Notes under the pieces: model-generated
The model's database searches: none
What the model was told of the DNA's origin: nothing
Seen by the model: the letters and a program-made list of their open reading frames with translations, nothing else
Shown here: in pieces, positions 25,886 to 39,318 of the stretch
Numbering within the stretch: position 1 is the stretch's first letter
How the letters are laid out: every line of letters starts with the position of its first letter
Origin: the human T2T-CHM13v2.0 reference genome, Homo sapiens
NCBI RefSeq assembly: GCF_009914755.1
Contig: NC_060934.1
DNA length: 64,000 bases
Reading direction: 5' to 3' (one strand)
Made by a program: the position numbers and the translations under genes

Positions 25886-28174
25886 TGTATGAGTCCATTC
25901 TCACATTGCTATAAGGAGATACCTGAGACTGGGTAATTTATAAAGAAAAGAGGTTTAATTGACTCACAGTTCCTCATGACTGGGGAGGCCTCAGGAAACT
26001 TACAATCATGGCGGAAGGCACCTCTTCACAGGGCAGCAGGAGAGAGAATGAGTGCCAGCAGGGGAAGTGCCAGACTCTTATAAAACCATCAGATCTCATG
26101 AGAACTCACTCGCTATCACAAGAACATCATGGGGGAAACCACTTCCGTGATTCAATTACCTCCACCTGGTCCCACCCTTGACACACGGGGATTACCATGA
26201 GGTGAGATTTGGGTGGGGACACAAAGCCAAACCATATCATTCCACCACTGGTCTCTCCCAAATCTCATGTTCCTTTCACATTTCAAAACCAATCATGCCT
26301 TTCCAACGGTCCCCCAAAGTCTTAATTCATTCCAGCATTAACCGAAAAGTCCAACTCTAAAGTCTCATCTGAGACAAAGCATGTCCCTTCCACCTATGAG
26401 ACTGTAAAATCAAAAGCAAGTTAGTTACTTCCAAGACACAAATGGGCATACAGGCATTGGATAAATGCTCCCATACTAAATGGGAGAAATTGGCCAAAAC
26501 AAAGAGGCTATAGGCCCCATGCAAGTCCAAAATCCAATACGGCAGTCATTAAGCCTTAAATTTCCAAAATGATCTCATTTGACTCCACATCTCACATCCA
26601 GGTCATGCTGATGCAAGAGGCGTGCTCCCTCAGCCTTGGGTAGGTCTTCCCCTGTGGCTTTGCAGGGTACAGTCCCCTTCCTGGTTGCTTTCACGGGCTG
26701 TTGTTGAGTGATGGTGGCTTTTCCAGGTGCATGGTGCAAGCTGTAGGTGAATCTACCATTCTGGGTTCTGGAGGACAATGGCCTTCTTCTCACAGCTCCA
26801 CTAGGCAGTGCCCCAGTAGAGACTCTGTGTGGGGGCTCTGACCCCACATTTCCCTTCTTCACTGCCCTAACAGAGGTTTTCCATGAGGGCTCTGCACCTG
26901 CAGCAAATTTCTGCCTGGACATCCAGGCATTTCCATACTTCCTCTAAAATCTAGGTGGAGGTTCCCAAACCTCAATTCTTGACTTCTGTGTACCCAGAGG
27001 CTCAACACGTGAAAGCCACCAAGGCTTGGGGCTTGCACCTTCAGAAGCAATGGCCTGAGATGTACTTTTGCCCCTTTTAGCCATGGCTGATGCTGAAGCA
27101 GCTAGGATGCAGGGCACCTTGTTTCAAGGCTGGACAGAGCAGGGTGACCCTCCTAGCCCTCCAGGCCTGTAATGGCAGGAGTTACCATGAAGCTCTCTGA
27201 CATACTCTGGAGACCTTCTTCCCATTGTCTTGGTGATTAACATTTGGTTCCTTGTTATTTATGCAAATTTCTGCAGCTGGCTTGAATTTTTCCCCAGAAA
27301 ATGGGTTTTTCTTTTCTATCGCGTGGTCAAGCTACAAATTTTCCAAACTGTTATGCTCTTCCTCCTCTTGAATCCTTTGCCACTTAGAAATTTCTTCCAC
27401 CAGACACCCTAAATCATTTCTCTCAAGTTCAAAGTTCCACAGATCTCTAGGGCAAGGGCAAAAAGCTGCCAGTCTCTGCTAAAACATAGCAAAAGTGGCC
27501 TCTACTCCAGTTCCCAGCAAGTTCCTCATCTCCATCTGAGACCACCTCAGCCTGGACTTCATTGTCTATATCACTGTCTATGTTTTGGTCAAAGCCATTC
27601 AACAAGTCTCTAGGAAGTTCCAAACTTTCCCACATCTTCCTGTCTTCTGAGCCCTCCAAGTCTCTAGGAAGTTTCAAACTTTTCCACATTTTGCTATCTT
27701 TTTCTGAGCCCTCCAAACTGTTCCAACCTCTTCTGCTACCCATTTCCAAAGTTGCTTCCACATTTTCAGGTATCCTTATAGCAGCACCCCACTCCTGGTA
27801 AGAATTTACTGTATTAGTTCATTCTCACATAGCTATAAGGAAATACCTCAGACTGGGTAATTTATAATGAAGAGAGGTTTAATTGACTTACAGTTCCACA
27901 TGGCTGGGGAGGCCTCAGGAAACTTACAATCATGGCAGAAGGCACCTCTTCACAGGGTGGCAGAAGAGAGAATGAGTGCCAGCATAGGAAATGTCAGACG
28001 CTTATAGAACCATCAGATCTCATGAGAACTCACTCGCTATCAGGAGAACAGCATGGGGGAAATGGCCCCCATGACTCAATTACCTCCACCTGCTCCTGCC
28101 CTTGACACATGGGGATTATGGGGATTACAATTCGAGGTAAGATTTGGGAGGGGACACAGAGCCAAACCATATCA
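25886..28174 (-). mobile_element. Two-LTR MaLR (THE1D/MSTA-like): LTR 25886-26239, internal 26240-27809, LTR 27810-28174
   Basis: Two similar LTRs (tgtat.agt.cattctcacat...ccaaaccatatca) flank THE1/MST-internal sequence. The ORF-track peptides LELPRDLLNGFDQN and EPPHRVSTGALPSGAVRR are typical of MaLR internal regions. TSD degraded (gtggc/gtgag). Confidence 0.95.
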
Positions 28175-31100
28175 GTGAGTCTGGGCAGGTGAATTCATTA
28201 AGGGGTCCTGGGCAGGCATCAGTATTAGTGGGTCCAGGAAGAGGAGCAGCAGAGTTGAGAGTCCCACAGAAGCCTCCCCAGACACTAGGCTGAGTGGTGT
28301 GTGAGGACGCTGGGTGCATGGCCTCTTCTAGCAGAGGGAGGAAAGGGCAGAGCTGCCTGGCTTAGACTCATCTCCAGCCAGGGCAGCAGGACCCACCTGA
28401 ATTTCCCCGGATGTCCTACTTTCCACAGAAAACCAAAGCACCTTCACCAAAGGTCAGGGCAGCATGAGGAAGCTGGGTTCCCTTGCTCCTCTGCTGGGCT
28501 GCTCACCCTAAGCCCCGCGTGCTCATTCCCTAGAGAATCAAATGCACTGAGACCCTAGAAACCTGTGTTCCAGAGTCCTCGTGGAATGCTCCAGGCGGCC
28601 CTATCCACTGGGTCTCATCATTTTCTCATTGACTTTCTGAGGGATTTTCCCAGCTGGCCTCCAAGCTTTGCTATTAACTTAAGAAAGAGGCTTTACATTT
28701 GGGGATTTATATTCAGCCAAATTTTCCCCAGATCCTAGGCCAGCATTTGTTGTAAGTGCAGTGCCTCAGGATGCACTGACTCTAGGTCCCCGGTTCTCAG
28801 ATGCAGAGACACCCAAGGTGCATTCCGATGCTGGGAGCAGCCAGCACCCTGGAATGCCCCAAAGTGTGGGGAAACAGCTTCCAATTCCCAGTGAAGAGTG
28901 GAGCTAATTAGGACTTGGTAAGAGATTACACCCAGGAGGAGGCCGAGTGACGGCAACTAACACGCCACCCATTTATATCCAGGCCACAAAGAGCCCAGCT
29001 CCTGAGCCCTGGGGAAATGCATGGAGTTGAACCAGAGCGGGTATGGAGTTGAACCAGAGTGAGTAGCTGGTAAATAAATGCAGTTTCCCCAGAGAAATCC
29101 ACCCATCCACTCGTTACGGTTGGCTTCCACTGGACGGGGCCAGCTGTAACACGCAGAATTAATTTTATGTACCATTTTATGCCCATTCTAAGTAATATGC
29201 ATGTGTTCCCCTTCTTTAATCACACTGTATAATTTCTGGATACCTGCCATATTCCCTCTTCTAACTGTCCCCATATCCCAGAGGATATAGTTAGTGTATC
29301 AGCATTATTTAAGTCTGGTACAGTACATCCACACCAAGCAGCCGCAATATAGGAAGGTCTGGGTTTCATTGAATGAACACTGGGGTTGTTGCTTTGTTGT
29401 ATGAAAGGACTCCCACACTCATCCTGCAAATAGCAGGACCCCAAGCTTCAAAATCAGCTGGCTGGTGGGGAGGGAATGCTCCCCTCCCAGTCCCCCACTA
29501 CACAAAGGCTCTCCCTGGATCCCTGTCTCCATCCATCTTTCACCCCTGAATGCCCTGTTCCAGGAGTGTCCTGGGGATGGACAAAGCCACACACTCCCTG
29601 GGGCCGGGCCACCAGGGCTGAGCTCTCAGAATGAAAGGGCCGCACCCAATGCCCTTTGCCGTCTTCTCTCCCTCTCCTGGTCCTCCCCACCTTTTCTGGG
29701 GTTTTGTATCTGGGAAGGGCCCAACCTAGGCAGGACTGAGTGGCCCAGGCCCATCCACCTGGCAGCTGGGTGAGGGACTAGGGCTTATAAGGACTCCAGG
29801 AGGAGCGCAGGGAGACCTCCCTCCCACCTTCCTTCCCTCTTGAGTAGGTTCTCCAGCCCAGCTGTGTCTGGCCATGGTTGCCACCACCACCAACCCTCAC
29901 TTTGAGAAGAAGGTGCAGATATGCAAGACAAGGACACGAGCGTGCAACAGGCGTGCTGTGCTGGAACTGAAGGGGCAGCCTGGGCCAGGCACCTGCCGCG
30001 TGACTGTGTGGCCTCTCCGCTTCGGGCCGTGGGCTGTCTTGCTGTCCTTTCTCATAAATCGATAGGGCTAGTGACGTTCTAGACAGAAGGTGCTCCAGGC
30101 GCTGGCGGCTGCTGCACAGTGAGAGTCCAGGAGCCTGGGGACACAACCTTGGCCTCCCAAGAGCACGGGCTCCCCTACTTCCTCCTTTGAGGTAAAAAGA
30201 CACGAGGAAAGAGTGCCAGGGAGAGACTGGAAGTGAGACGGTGGACAAGCTGGGTGGGGACGTCCCTGCACGGCACCAACAACGGAGGCTTCTTGGCTGA
30301 AAACAAAATTCCCCTTGCCCTGGGCTCAGGTGTCTGTGCTCCTAAAGGCATCACTGTTAACTTCTTGGCATAACTCTTAAAAGATTTTACCAATCCATCT
30401 TTAGTTATTTCACACAAATGGATGTTGTCATTGTTAAATAATGAGCCGCAGGGAAAGACCACTCCATGGTCATGACAAGCCGAGTCCACTCGGGGCCCTG
30501 CCAGCTCTGCCCAGCCTTGCAGCACAGACACAAGTCCCCGGAGGCTTGCCGGGAGGGCAGCATCTGCCCCACGCAGCCTCTGAGAACACAGGTTTCTGCA
30601 CACAGGTTCAGCCAGGCTCCACCCGGGCTGGGGGCTGCCGGGAGAGCCTGTCTTTATGGAGTTCAAACGGGATGTCACCCTGCTCTTGCACCCAGCAGTG
30701 TCCCAGCTTTCCTCAAACCCAGGGACTCATCTGATTTCTGATCTCCCCGCCAGTCGCCAGTGGAAGATGGATAGAACTGCCACCGGCCCCATGCAGGCAG
30801 GGGGCTGACAGCACGTCCGGGAGCTGGTGGCTGCCTGGGAACGAAAGCAAGGTGGCCTCAGGACCAGAGAAAATCAGCTCAGAGGGAACTGGAGGTGGCA
30901 CAGCCCACGGCCCACCCCCCACTCCCTGGGCTGCTCCCACCAGAACTCTCAAATGCGAGCTAAATGGCAGCTTCCCCGCCAACTCCTCCTCCCTCACTAA
31001 ACCACACTGACATTTAATTCAACATTAGAGTCCCCTCCCTGACAAGTGACTCCTCCTGTCCCTTCTCTGACATAATAAAAGACTCAATTATGCAAAAGGG

Positions 31101-31614
31101 CCGAAGTGACATTTGGTTTCTCTTCAGCACTACTTACTCAAAGAAGACCGATGCGTCCTCCCTCAGCTTAGCGAGTGCAACTGCAAGTCAGAGGACGGTG
31201 CACGGGAGAAAGTGACACAGGCTGATGTGACCGAGCCCCGCATCTCTCGTAATCACCATCATTTCTAATCACCTTTTTCTTCTTGAACATCATCCACATG
31301 TATCATGTCTTGGGAAACTTTTCCTTTCTTTTTAGAAAAGTTCTACCAACTTCATCTCAGAACATGATTTTGATACTAGTTTTTCAAAAGTCAAACATGC
31401 TCAATACCTGTATTTAGAAAATCCAGAGAAACATTTTTTTAAATGTCACGCCCAATAAATAATTATGAACTAATACAAAAAGATGTTACCCACGGGTACT
31501 GAAATAGAAAATGAAGTCACAACTAAGGACAAGTCATTAGCATAAAATCAGGAGAGCCAAAGCATGTCCCTGGGATTTGAAAATACAAAACAGCCCTTTG
31601 AAAGATGCTTACAC

Positions 31615-32068
31615 TAAGGGAGGAGACCACCCTTCATACTGTCTTATGCCCAATTTCTGCCTCCAAAGAAAGAAAAAGTAAAAACTAAAAGGCAGAAATG
31701 AAATCCACAAGCAGACAGCCCGGCGCCACACCCTGGACCTGGCAGTTGAAGATCGACCCCTGACCTAATCGGTTATGTTATCTATAGATTCCAGACATTG
31801 TATAGAAAAGCACTGTGAAAATCCCTGTCCTGTTTTGTTCTGATCCAATTACTGGTGCATGCAGCCCCCCAGTCACATACCCCCTGCTTGCTCAATCGAT
31901 CACGACCCTCTCACGTGCACCCCCTTAGAGTTGTGAGCCCTTAAAAGGGATAGGAATTGCTCACTTGGGGAGCTCAGCTCTTGAGACAGGCGTCTTGCCG
32001 ATGCCCCTGGCCGAATAAACCCCTTCCTTTTTTAACTCGGTGTTTTGTCTGCAGCTCATCCTGCTACA
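31615..32068 (+). mobile_element. Solo HERV-E LTR (LTR2 family)
   Basis: taagggaggagaccacc...ttatgcccaatttctgcctccaaagaaag...cccttaaaaggg...aataaa...cctgctaca. 4-bp TSD acac on both sides. Confidence 0.9.
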
Positions 32069-35000
32069 ACACCTACAACAGCTCACAAAGCACATCTCTA
32101 GGCTGGTGTCTGCTCATAGCTCTTACCTCTTTAGGCAGAAATGCAGTCAGCCCCTGGCTTCTGGGCTAGGCACACCTACTAACATCAGAGGAATGCACCG
32201 TACTCATTTTGATAATCCGCCCCACACTTCTTACCTTTTAACGACTTTTGCCTCTTAGGATAAAACGTGAATCAGCTTTGCCAGAAAATGGCGCCTTCTG
32301 ACATTGTCAACTTCCCAAAGTGCACTTTCGTATCTTTCCAAGCCATCTTAAAAAGAACTTTGATCTGTGCTATTAACAGACCATGACATAAAACCTGCAC
32401 TGTAGCAATCTGAATTTGTTTAGAAAATAATATGTTAAAACCAATATTTAATATATATTTTTTAATTTCACAAAAATAGCTAACTACTCGTAAATCTATA
32501 GTATTTTAAATGATTTTAAGATGTTGATTAATCATTGTTTTTGACATTTATTGTCATTTAATCCAAAAGCTATGGATTTTACACTTTGTCGAGCAATTAC
32601 TGTTGACATTTTCCCATGTCATCAACTCTCCAAAAACATTTTTATTGTGAATAAGTGGGAGTGGTTTAATTCCCTCAAAATTACTATTTGTGTCTAAAGC
32701 CAAATTACAAAAAAAAAAGACGATACAGAAATTCCGAAGGAGACTAAAATAATAATAATGCTATTCTACTGTTAACATGCCTAAAAGTTTAAAGAAGATT
32801 TAAAAAAAAAGTAATTCAAGTTTCATTGCAACTGTTGCCATGACACAAGCTCTGTCTTCTCTAGAGGAGGACCGGATTTCACCTGGCATGAAAGTAAACG
32901 CACTGTCTTCATTTCCTTTAACCTCCTTAAAATACCATGCCTGGGACACGGTATCCTTGAAAGTACTCAGCAGTAGAATGTGGAATAGGTTTTCAGATAG
33001 CAGAGTTGGCTACAGAAGTTACTCTGAACTTCGACACCATTTTCAATGGTTACACTGGCCCAGGCCATTAGACAAGAGTGAGTAGATGGCTCTTTCTTCA
33101 TTTTTATTCCCTGTCAGGGTGTGAATTTTGCATTTCTCAAGTGCTTAGTATTACATTAATGCTTTCAAGGAGGCCCTGCGTCTGGCCGCCTCTCGGCAGC
33201 GACAACAGCAGAGAAATTCCCACATAGTTAAGAATAACTAAGGATGCCGCCCGTCCGCTGCCGGCATTCCGTATGGATTCACTGAGCTCTAGCAGGGAGT
33301 ACCAGCTCCTGCAGGGAATGGGAGAAACATCACCCTTCTGCTCTCATCACTTTTAAACCAGTTTCTACCACCTCATTGCTTTCTAAGACGCTTTCCCAAG
33401 AGCAGGTGCATATCAGAAAAATGCTGGAGGAGTTTCACCTTTGAAAGTGAGTTTCTTCCCTATAACTGTACACAGGAGATGGAGGGTCTTATTCAGTCTG
33501 CTGTCTTCTCAAACACTCCATTTCTTAGCCGTAGTTTTATTCAAAATGTATTTAATAACTACATGAAAAAGTTAACCACGAGTAAGACTAATTTGATTTT
33601 TGTTGCACATGTGTTGAGTGGATTCCAGAACTCCTTACATCCTTATCATCCCAATTCCAGCTGCCCCCAGATGGCTCTGTGATATGCAAGAGGAATTCTT
33701 TCTGAGCCTGCTTTAGCCCAGCCTGCTTGGCCGGCCCACCTATGTGGAAACTTCTAGAAGCCAAGTTTCCTTAGGAGAAGGTTGAGGTCTACACTTACGT
33801 AGACAGAGGATCTAATTCTGGGATCTGACCTGAGCTGACAGCCCGGACCACCACCCCTGCCTGGCTGAGGGCGGCCTGGTCTCTGAGTGCCAAGCGGACC
33901 ATCGCAGAGAGGATGCACCGTCATGGGACAGACAGAAGGAGATTCCCTGAGACATGGGGAGCGAGCTCTGGGCTTGGCCGCGAGAGGGAGGAGAGTCAGC
34001 GGAGCCATCAGAGCTTCCTCTGCGGCCATGCCTGCTCACCCCGCCACCAGTTCAGCTGGCAGTGCCCGTGGGGTCCCCCAGGTGACCCTGAACTGGCCTT
34101 CTAAGACTCGACCCCTGCCCACCATCCTTCCCACTCACTTCCACTGCAGCCCCGAACCCCGAGCACAAGACCTTTCCCTGCTTTACACTTGGCCACGATG
34201 ACCTTCTGCGGGGCAGGTGGGTTCTCACTCACGGTTGGGGGCCTCGGCAGGAAAAGGGGCAGTGTGCCCTGGGGAGAGGGCTCCTTTCTCCTTTCTGTCA
34301 GCTCAGGGCAAACAGGCAAACCACACTGTGCCCTGACAGCCATGTGCCAGGGACTTACCGAGCACCGTGGGCTTGACCTCTCCGTCTAAGTATTCCAGGG
34401 CTGAGATGAAGACCAAGGAGGTCGTCTATTTGGGCAGGGATGGGCTGTTGTGCCTCTGGCAGAAGCTGTTGTTGAGGCCCCTCCCCAATGCCTCCTTAGT
34501 CCTGGGGGCTCTGCCAAGCTCCTGCTGAGACCCCCTGTGGTCTTCTTAGAAAGTTCAAGGCGGCCACAGTCTCTGAGACATTCTCTGTCTGGGCAAAGAC
34601 ACCCTTTCTAAGCATGGGTTGTTTCAAATGGGTGAGGGAAAATGAGACAGATGAAAGGGCCCCACTCCTGTCCCTGGAGCTCCCAGTGTGTCTCCATGAG
34701 ACCCTGGCTGACTCTGGGGAAAGGCTGACTACTAGCAAATCTCTATAAGTGAGACGGAAGCAGATGATTCAGCTAATCAGGTGAAATAGGCATAGAGCCA
34801 CCCCCCAACCCCACCCCATGGCAGAGAGCTTTTCCTAGACGCAGGCTGCAGTGTGAGGAGAGTGTGCTGTTCCCAGGCCTGCGTGCATCATGCTGCCATT
34901 AGTGAGGATGTCACATCACGAGGCACACAAAGCCCTCCTTGACAGAGCACGCGGCCACAGGAGAAGCTGAGATCTGGAGAGACCCCTTCACTCTGCAATG

Positions 35001-35503
35001 TCGAAGGTGCCTCCACCTTTAAGGGTGAGTGCAAACCCACCCTCTGAGGTCTGGTGGCGGTCTGCCAATACTCACATCCTGATTCCAACAGCTGCTCAAC
35101 CAAGCCTAGGCTCTCTCTGCATTCAGGTGGGGCTGAGATTAGACTAAACATGAAACGAGAAACGCAGTGAAGCAGCAGCCACCTCTCCCTCCCTCTATGG
35201 TACTGCACAGGTCCCAGCAGGCAAGCCTAGATCTGATTCAAGCAGTGTGCTCCCAGCGTGAAGCTTCTCCGTCCACTCAAAGGTATTAGTTCGTCTCGTA
35301 ACACAGGAGGCGCCCACCTGGGGCTCCCTGGAGAATTCCCTCTCATCCTCATGCTTGCCAGTTAAAGACGACATGGCCAGGAATCCACACTGCACCTCTG
35401 CCTTAGTGGCACCAGTCACTGTGCAGACCAGGAAGGCCTGTAGGTCCTGTGGGACCTTGGCCATCCTTCCTCTGTGCTCCCAGGCCCAAGCCCTCACCCA
35501 CCT

Positions 35504-35590
35504 CACCTGAAGCCCGTGGCCCTACACCCCGCCACTCCCTCTGACCACCTGAAGCCCCTGGCCCTACACCCCGCCACTCCCTCTGACCAC
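35504..35590. repeat. 42-bp tandem duplication
   Basis: cacctgaagccc(g/c)tggccctacaccccgccactccctctgac occurs twice. Confidence 0.95.
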
Positions 35591-36153
35591 AGCCACCCTT
35601 ACCTCCCATGCCCAGCACCCGCCATTCATTCCCTCATCTGCAAGTACCCCTGGCTTAGCTGCTCCACTCTCAGAAACCCACAAGGACCTGCTAAGTCCTC
35701 GTCCTGCATGGGGTCTGCCACGTGGACCAAGCCACCTCCCACGTGGGCCAAGCTGCCTTGTTCTGCTTCTGTGCCCGAACGTCTCCTGCCGCAGGGATAA
35801 TCCACTTCCCGGTGAGATCATGCAGCAACCAACAGACTCCCTCACCTACCCAGGATTCATCGGCAAAGACCCACGCCGAGGGAGGGGAGTGCAGCAGCCA
35901 GGGAACCGTTTTCATTTGCTGGATCGCACGAAGCCTTGCTCATGGTAACACAATATCGCTGGGGAAGAAAGCCGCAGCTTTCGCAGTGAGAAGGTTCTAG
36001 GGCTCAAGGTCAAGTCTTCTGGATCCCTGCAACGCCCCAGGGGAGCTTGGCGGAAGCTGTGTGAGGATTCCACAGGGTCTTGGGGAACGTTTCCCCATCC
36101 TGCAGCGTGATATGCGGCAGTGTGCCTGCCTTGGAGACACTGGAGAGTTTGCC

Positions 36154-37335
36154 TGTAGAAGCTCTCAACCAGTTCGTGGCATCGTAAAATGTATATGCAG
36201 TCGTGTGCCGCAGAGTGACATTTCTCTCAACCATGGACTGACCACACATACCATGGTGGTCCCGTCAGATTATAATATCAAATTTTACTCTACCTTCTCA
36301 CATTTGGATGTGTTTAGACACACACATCCCTACCACTGTGTCACAACTGCCTCCGTGCAGTCAGCGCTGTGTGGTCTGCAGCCTGGGAGCCACGGTCTAC
36401 ACCATGCAGCCCAGGCGTGCAGGAGGCTGTGCCACCAGGCCTGTGTGAGCACACCCTGTGATGTGCATAAAAGGATGTCGGATGCCACTGCCTAAGGATG
36501 CCTTTCCAGAATATACCCCTGTCGTTAAGCAGCAGAGGGATGTATACGGTCTTTGTTCCAGATTCCTGACACAGAGCTTCCCAAACTCTTAGAATTTCCT
36601 GAGCGAAGAAAGCATCTTGTTATTCCTACCAAGTCCCTGACCTGGTAGGAATAACACCTGTGCCTGAGGCTGCGCAAATGAAATGACTTCAGGACCCCTG
36701 AGTAGCTTCAGGGAGGGTGCTGGTCTCCAGAGACACCAACCATGTGACTTCAGGACCCCTGAGTAGCTTCAGGGAGGGTGCTGGTCTCCAGAAACACCAA
36801 CCACGTGACTGGAGGGCCGTCACTTTCAGCGCTGCCCAACCCTCTGAGTCCTTTCACTTGGCCGATGATTTCATCAGTCATGCCTATGTAGTTACATCTC
36901 CATTAAAATTCTAAAACATTGAGGTTCAGAGTGCTTCCAGGCTGGTGAACGCTGCAGCACTGGGAGGGTGGCGCCGGCGAGGCCCAGAAGCTCAGTCAGG
37001 TCCACACCTTACCCTGAGCATTGCTTCCACTGGCTGTTCCTGAGTTGTATCCTTGATAAAACAACTGTAATCCTAAGTAAAGCGCTTCCTGAGTTCTGTG
37101 AGTGGTCCTAGCAAATCACCACTGAAGTGGAGAGGAGGTCATGGGAACCCCAGATCTGTGGTCAGCTGGGCAGATGTGCAGGCAGCTGGGGGGCCCCATT
37201 TGCAGCCAATGTCTAAAGCAGGGCAGCCAGAGGGACTGACCCCAGCCTGTGGGGTTTGGCTCTAACTCCCAGTAGTTAGCATCAGAATCGAGCTAAATTG
37301 TAAGGGTTGGAGAATGGGTGGCTGGAAAACAGCAT
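36154..37335 (+). mobile_element. MER21-like LTR, apparently interrupted by the Tigger3 element, with a 61-bp tandem duplication at 36684-36805
   Basis: ggtctttgttccagattcctgacacagagct...tcagtcatgcctatgta...ctggctgttcctgagttgtatcctt...cctgagttctgtgagt...gttagcatcagaatcga. Left boundary uncertain. Confidence 0.72.
36198..36542. mobile_element. Tigger3/MER7-type non-autonomous DNA transposon
   Basis: Decayed terminal inverted repeats cagtcgtgtgccgca... and ...gtcgttaagcagcagagggatg, followed by TA. Internal ggtggtcccgtcagattataat. Confidence 0.75.
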
Positions 37336-38239
37336 AATATTAGTACAAAGAGGTCTCACCCCGAGGCACTCCCAGGGTACAGAGGAGCTTTAGCTACAAA
37401 TGGAAGGCTGGAGGCACCAGGAGCCTGCCACCGACACTGACCATGGCATAGAAGCCAGGGGTGCCAGTCTGTCCAGATTGGAGCCAAGTTCACCCGAATC
37501 ATCAGAGGACCAGGGCATGGCACAGCAGGCCCAGTCAGCAGGGACGTGCTCACTCGCTATGCAAGGCTGGTGGGGACCCTGCGCTCCTTAGCCGGCTGCC
37601 TTCTGTACCTGGCTGGCACATTGAGCTGACACAAGTGGTTGCTATTTCTGTTCTTTAAATTAGCTGTGCCTCCCAGCTGTGTACTGCACTCTCATCTTCA
37701 GGCTTGAAACTTAATTTTTACTGTAATAACCTTTTATTCTGCTTCCAAATGACTCCATTATAAAAGGGCATTTTTAAAAACCAAAAACTGTAGCTCCCTC
37801 GTGGAGGGTGTCTGGAGTGTGGCATATTCCGAGAGCAAGCAGCCACGCAGGGCGACAGAGAGAACAGGCACGTCTTTAATTAACTGCCATTCAGTTACGA
37901 TTCTTCTTGGAGTGGAGGGAAAACAGATCTTTTGAAGCATAAGGCATGCTACACTTTCTTCAGCCACTGCCTTTCGCTGATAGACATGCAACAGCATTAT
38001 CATTTTAATATATATTCACAGACAGATCAGAGCAGGATAGCTCATCGCTTAAATGCTGTTTTTTTCTTTCTGCAGAATGTGACCACAGTGCAGAATTACA
38101 CCTGCCGGGAGTTGCAAGTTCATTGTTTTTAAGACACAGGATGCCTGAGAGACATGCAGTGTCTCTTTGGTGACATCAGGCAAATGCCAGGACCAGACAA
38201 CGCCATTGCTAGTGGCTCTCAGGCTTTGGGGTGTCTTAC

Positions 38240-38328
38240 CAGGGGGATCCGGGCACCGGGGTGGAGGCCACTGGCCTGTTGCCTCTGGCTGTGCTGTCCT
38301 CTCCTCCCCCCAGCATCGGTGGAGGCTC
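38240..38328 (-). CDS. TCERG1L: TCERG1L internal coding exon (about exon 6), 89 nt, [29 protein letters not shown](W)
   Basis: Acceptor ttctgttgaaag|GAG, donor CTG|gtaaga. Phase 0 to 2. [12 protein letters not shown] matches the motif preceding the WW domain in the TCERG1 family. Confidence 0.95.
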
Positions 38329-38965
38329 CTTTCAACAGAAAGAGACAGGGGAGTGGCTTTTAATTTTAAACACTCATCTTCAATTACAAGCAAGGAAGGG
38401 AGGAATAAACAAATCTCCTGCAGGCAGGCAGCTTATAGTAGCCACGAGATAATGACCTCAGCACGGCAGCGCCTGGCTGGGAGGTTCTGCCAGGAACAGG
38501 GAGTCAGTGCAGAGCAGACTGGGTAGAATCACCTGGACAAAGGCACCCCTCATTGTCCCCAGTTGTCTAAGCTGCCTGCTTTTCCAGAAGCAGAGACGGT
38601 CAGAGGCAGCCAAGAGAGGGCATCTGAGGTCTGAGGTCTTTGGGACAGAAAATCTCACTGGCTTCATCCCCAGAAATGAGCTGACCCAGCGGTGGGAGTC
38701 ACTGTGCCATGAAAACAACAGCATTTAGTGGCAGAGAGCCTCAAAGCTGGGGCTGCCACATCCTGTTAAGGCGGGAGGAGGCGACAAACCCATATTCCTC
38801 AATAACGACTCTGCCACATAGAGTCTAGTTCCTCCCCAGGCTCCCGCCCTTCCCAAACATCCAGCTGGGGGCAGGGCTCATGGGGCTGTTCCGCATCCTG
38901 GGGATGATTCTGATTCTGACACTCAGTTGGTCCACATTTCCATTAAGAAATAAGAATGTTTGAAA

Positions 38966-39318
<353 letters not shown>

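Noticed and set aside
26575-27761. ORFs within the MaLR internal region and a duplication of about 55 bp near 27600-27720
   Set aside because: Fragmented MaLR internal sequence. I recall the duplication as a subfamily trait rather than locus-specific.
35504-36805. Short direct repeats considered as CRISPR-like or prokaryotic systems
   Set aside because: Head-to-tail duplications without unique spacers, in Alu-containing primate DNA. No cas-like or other microbial genes, and no tRNA or rRNA recognised anywhere in the window.
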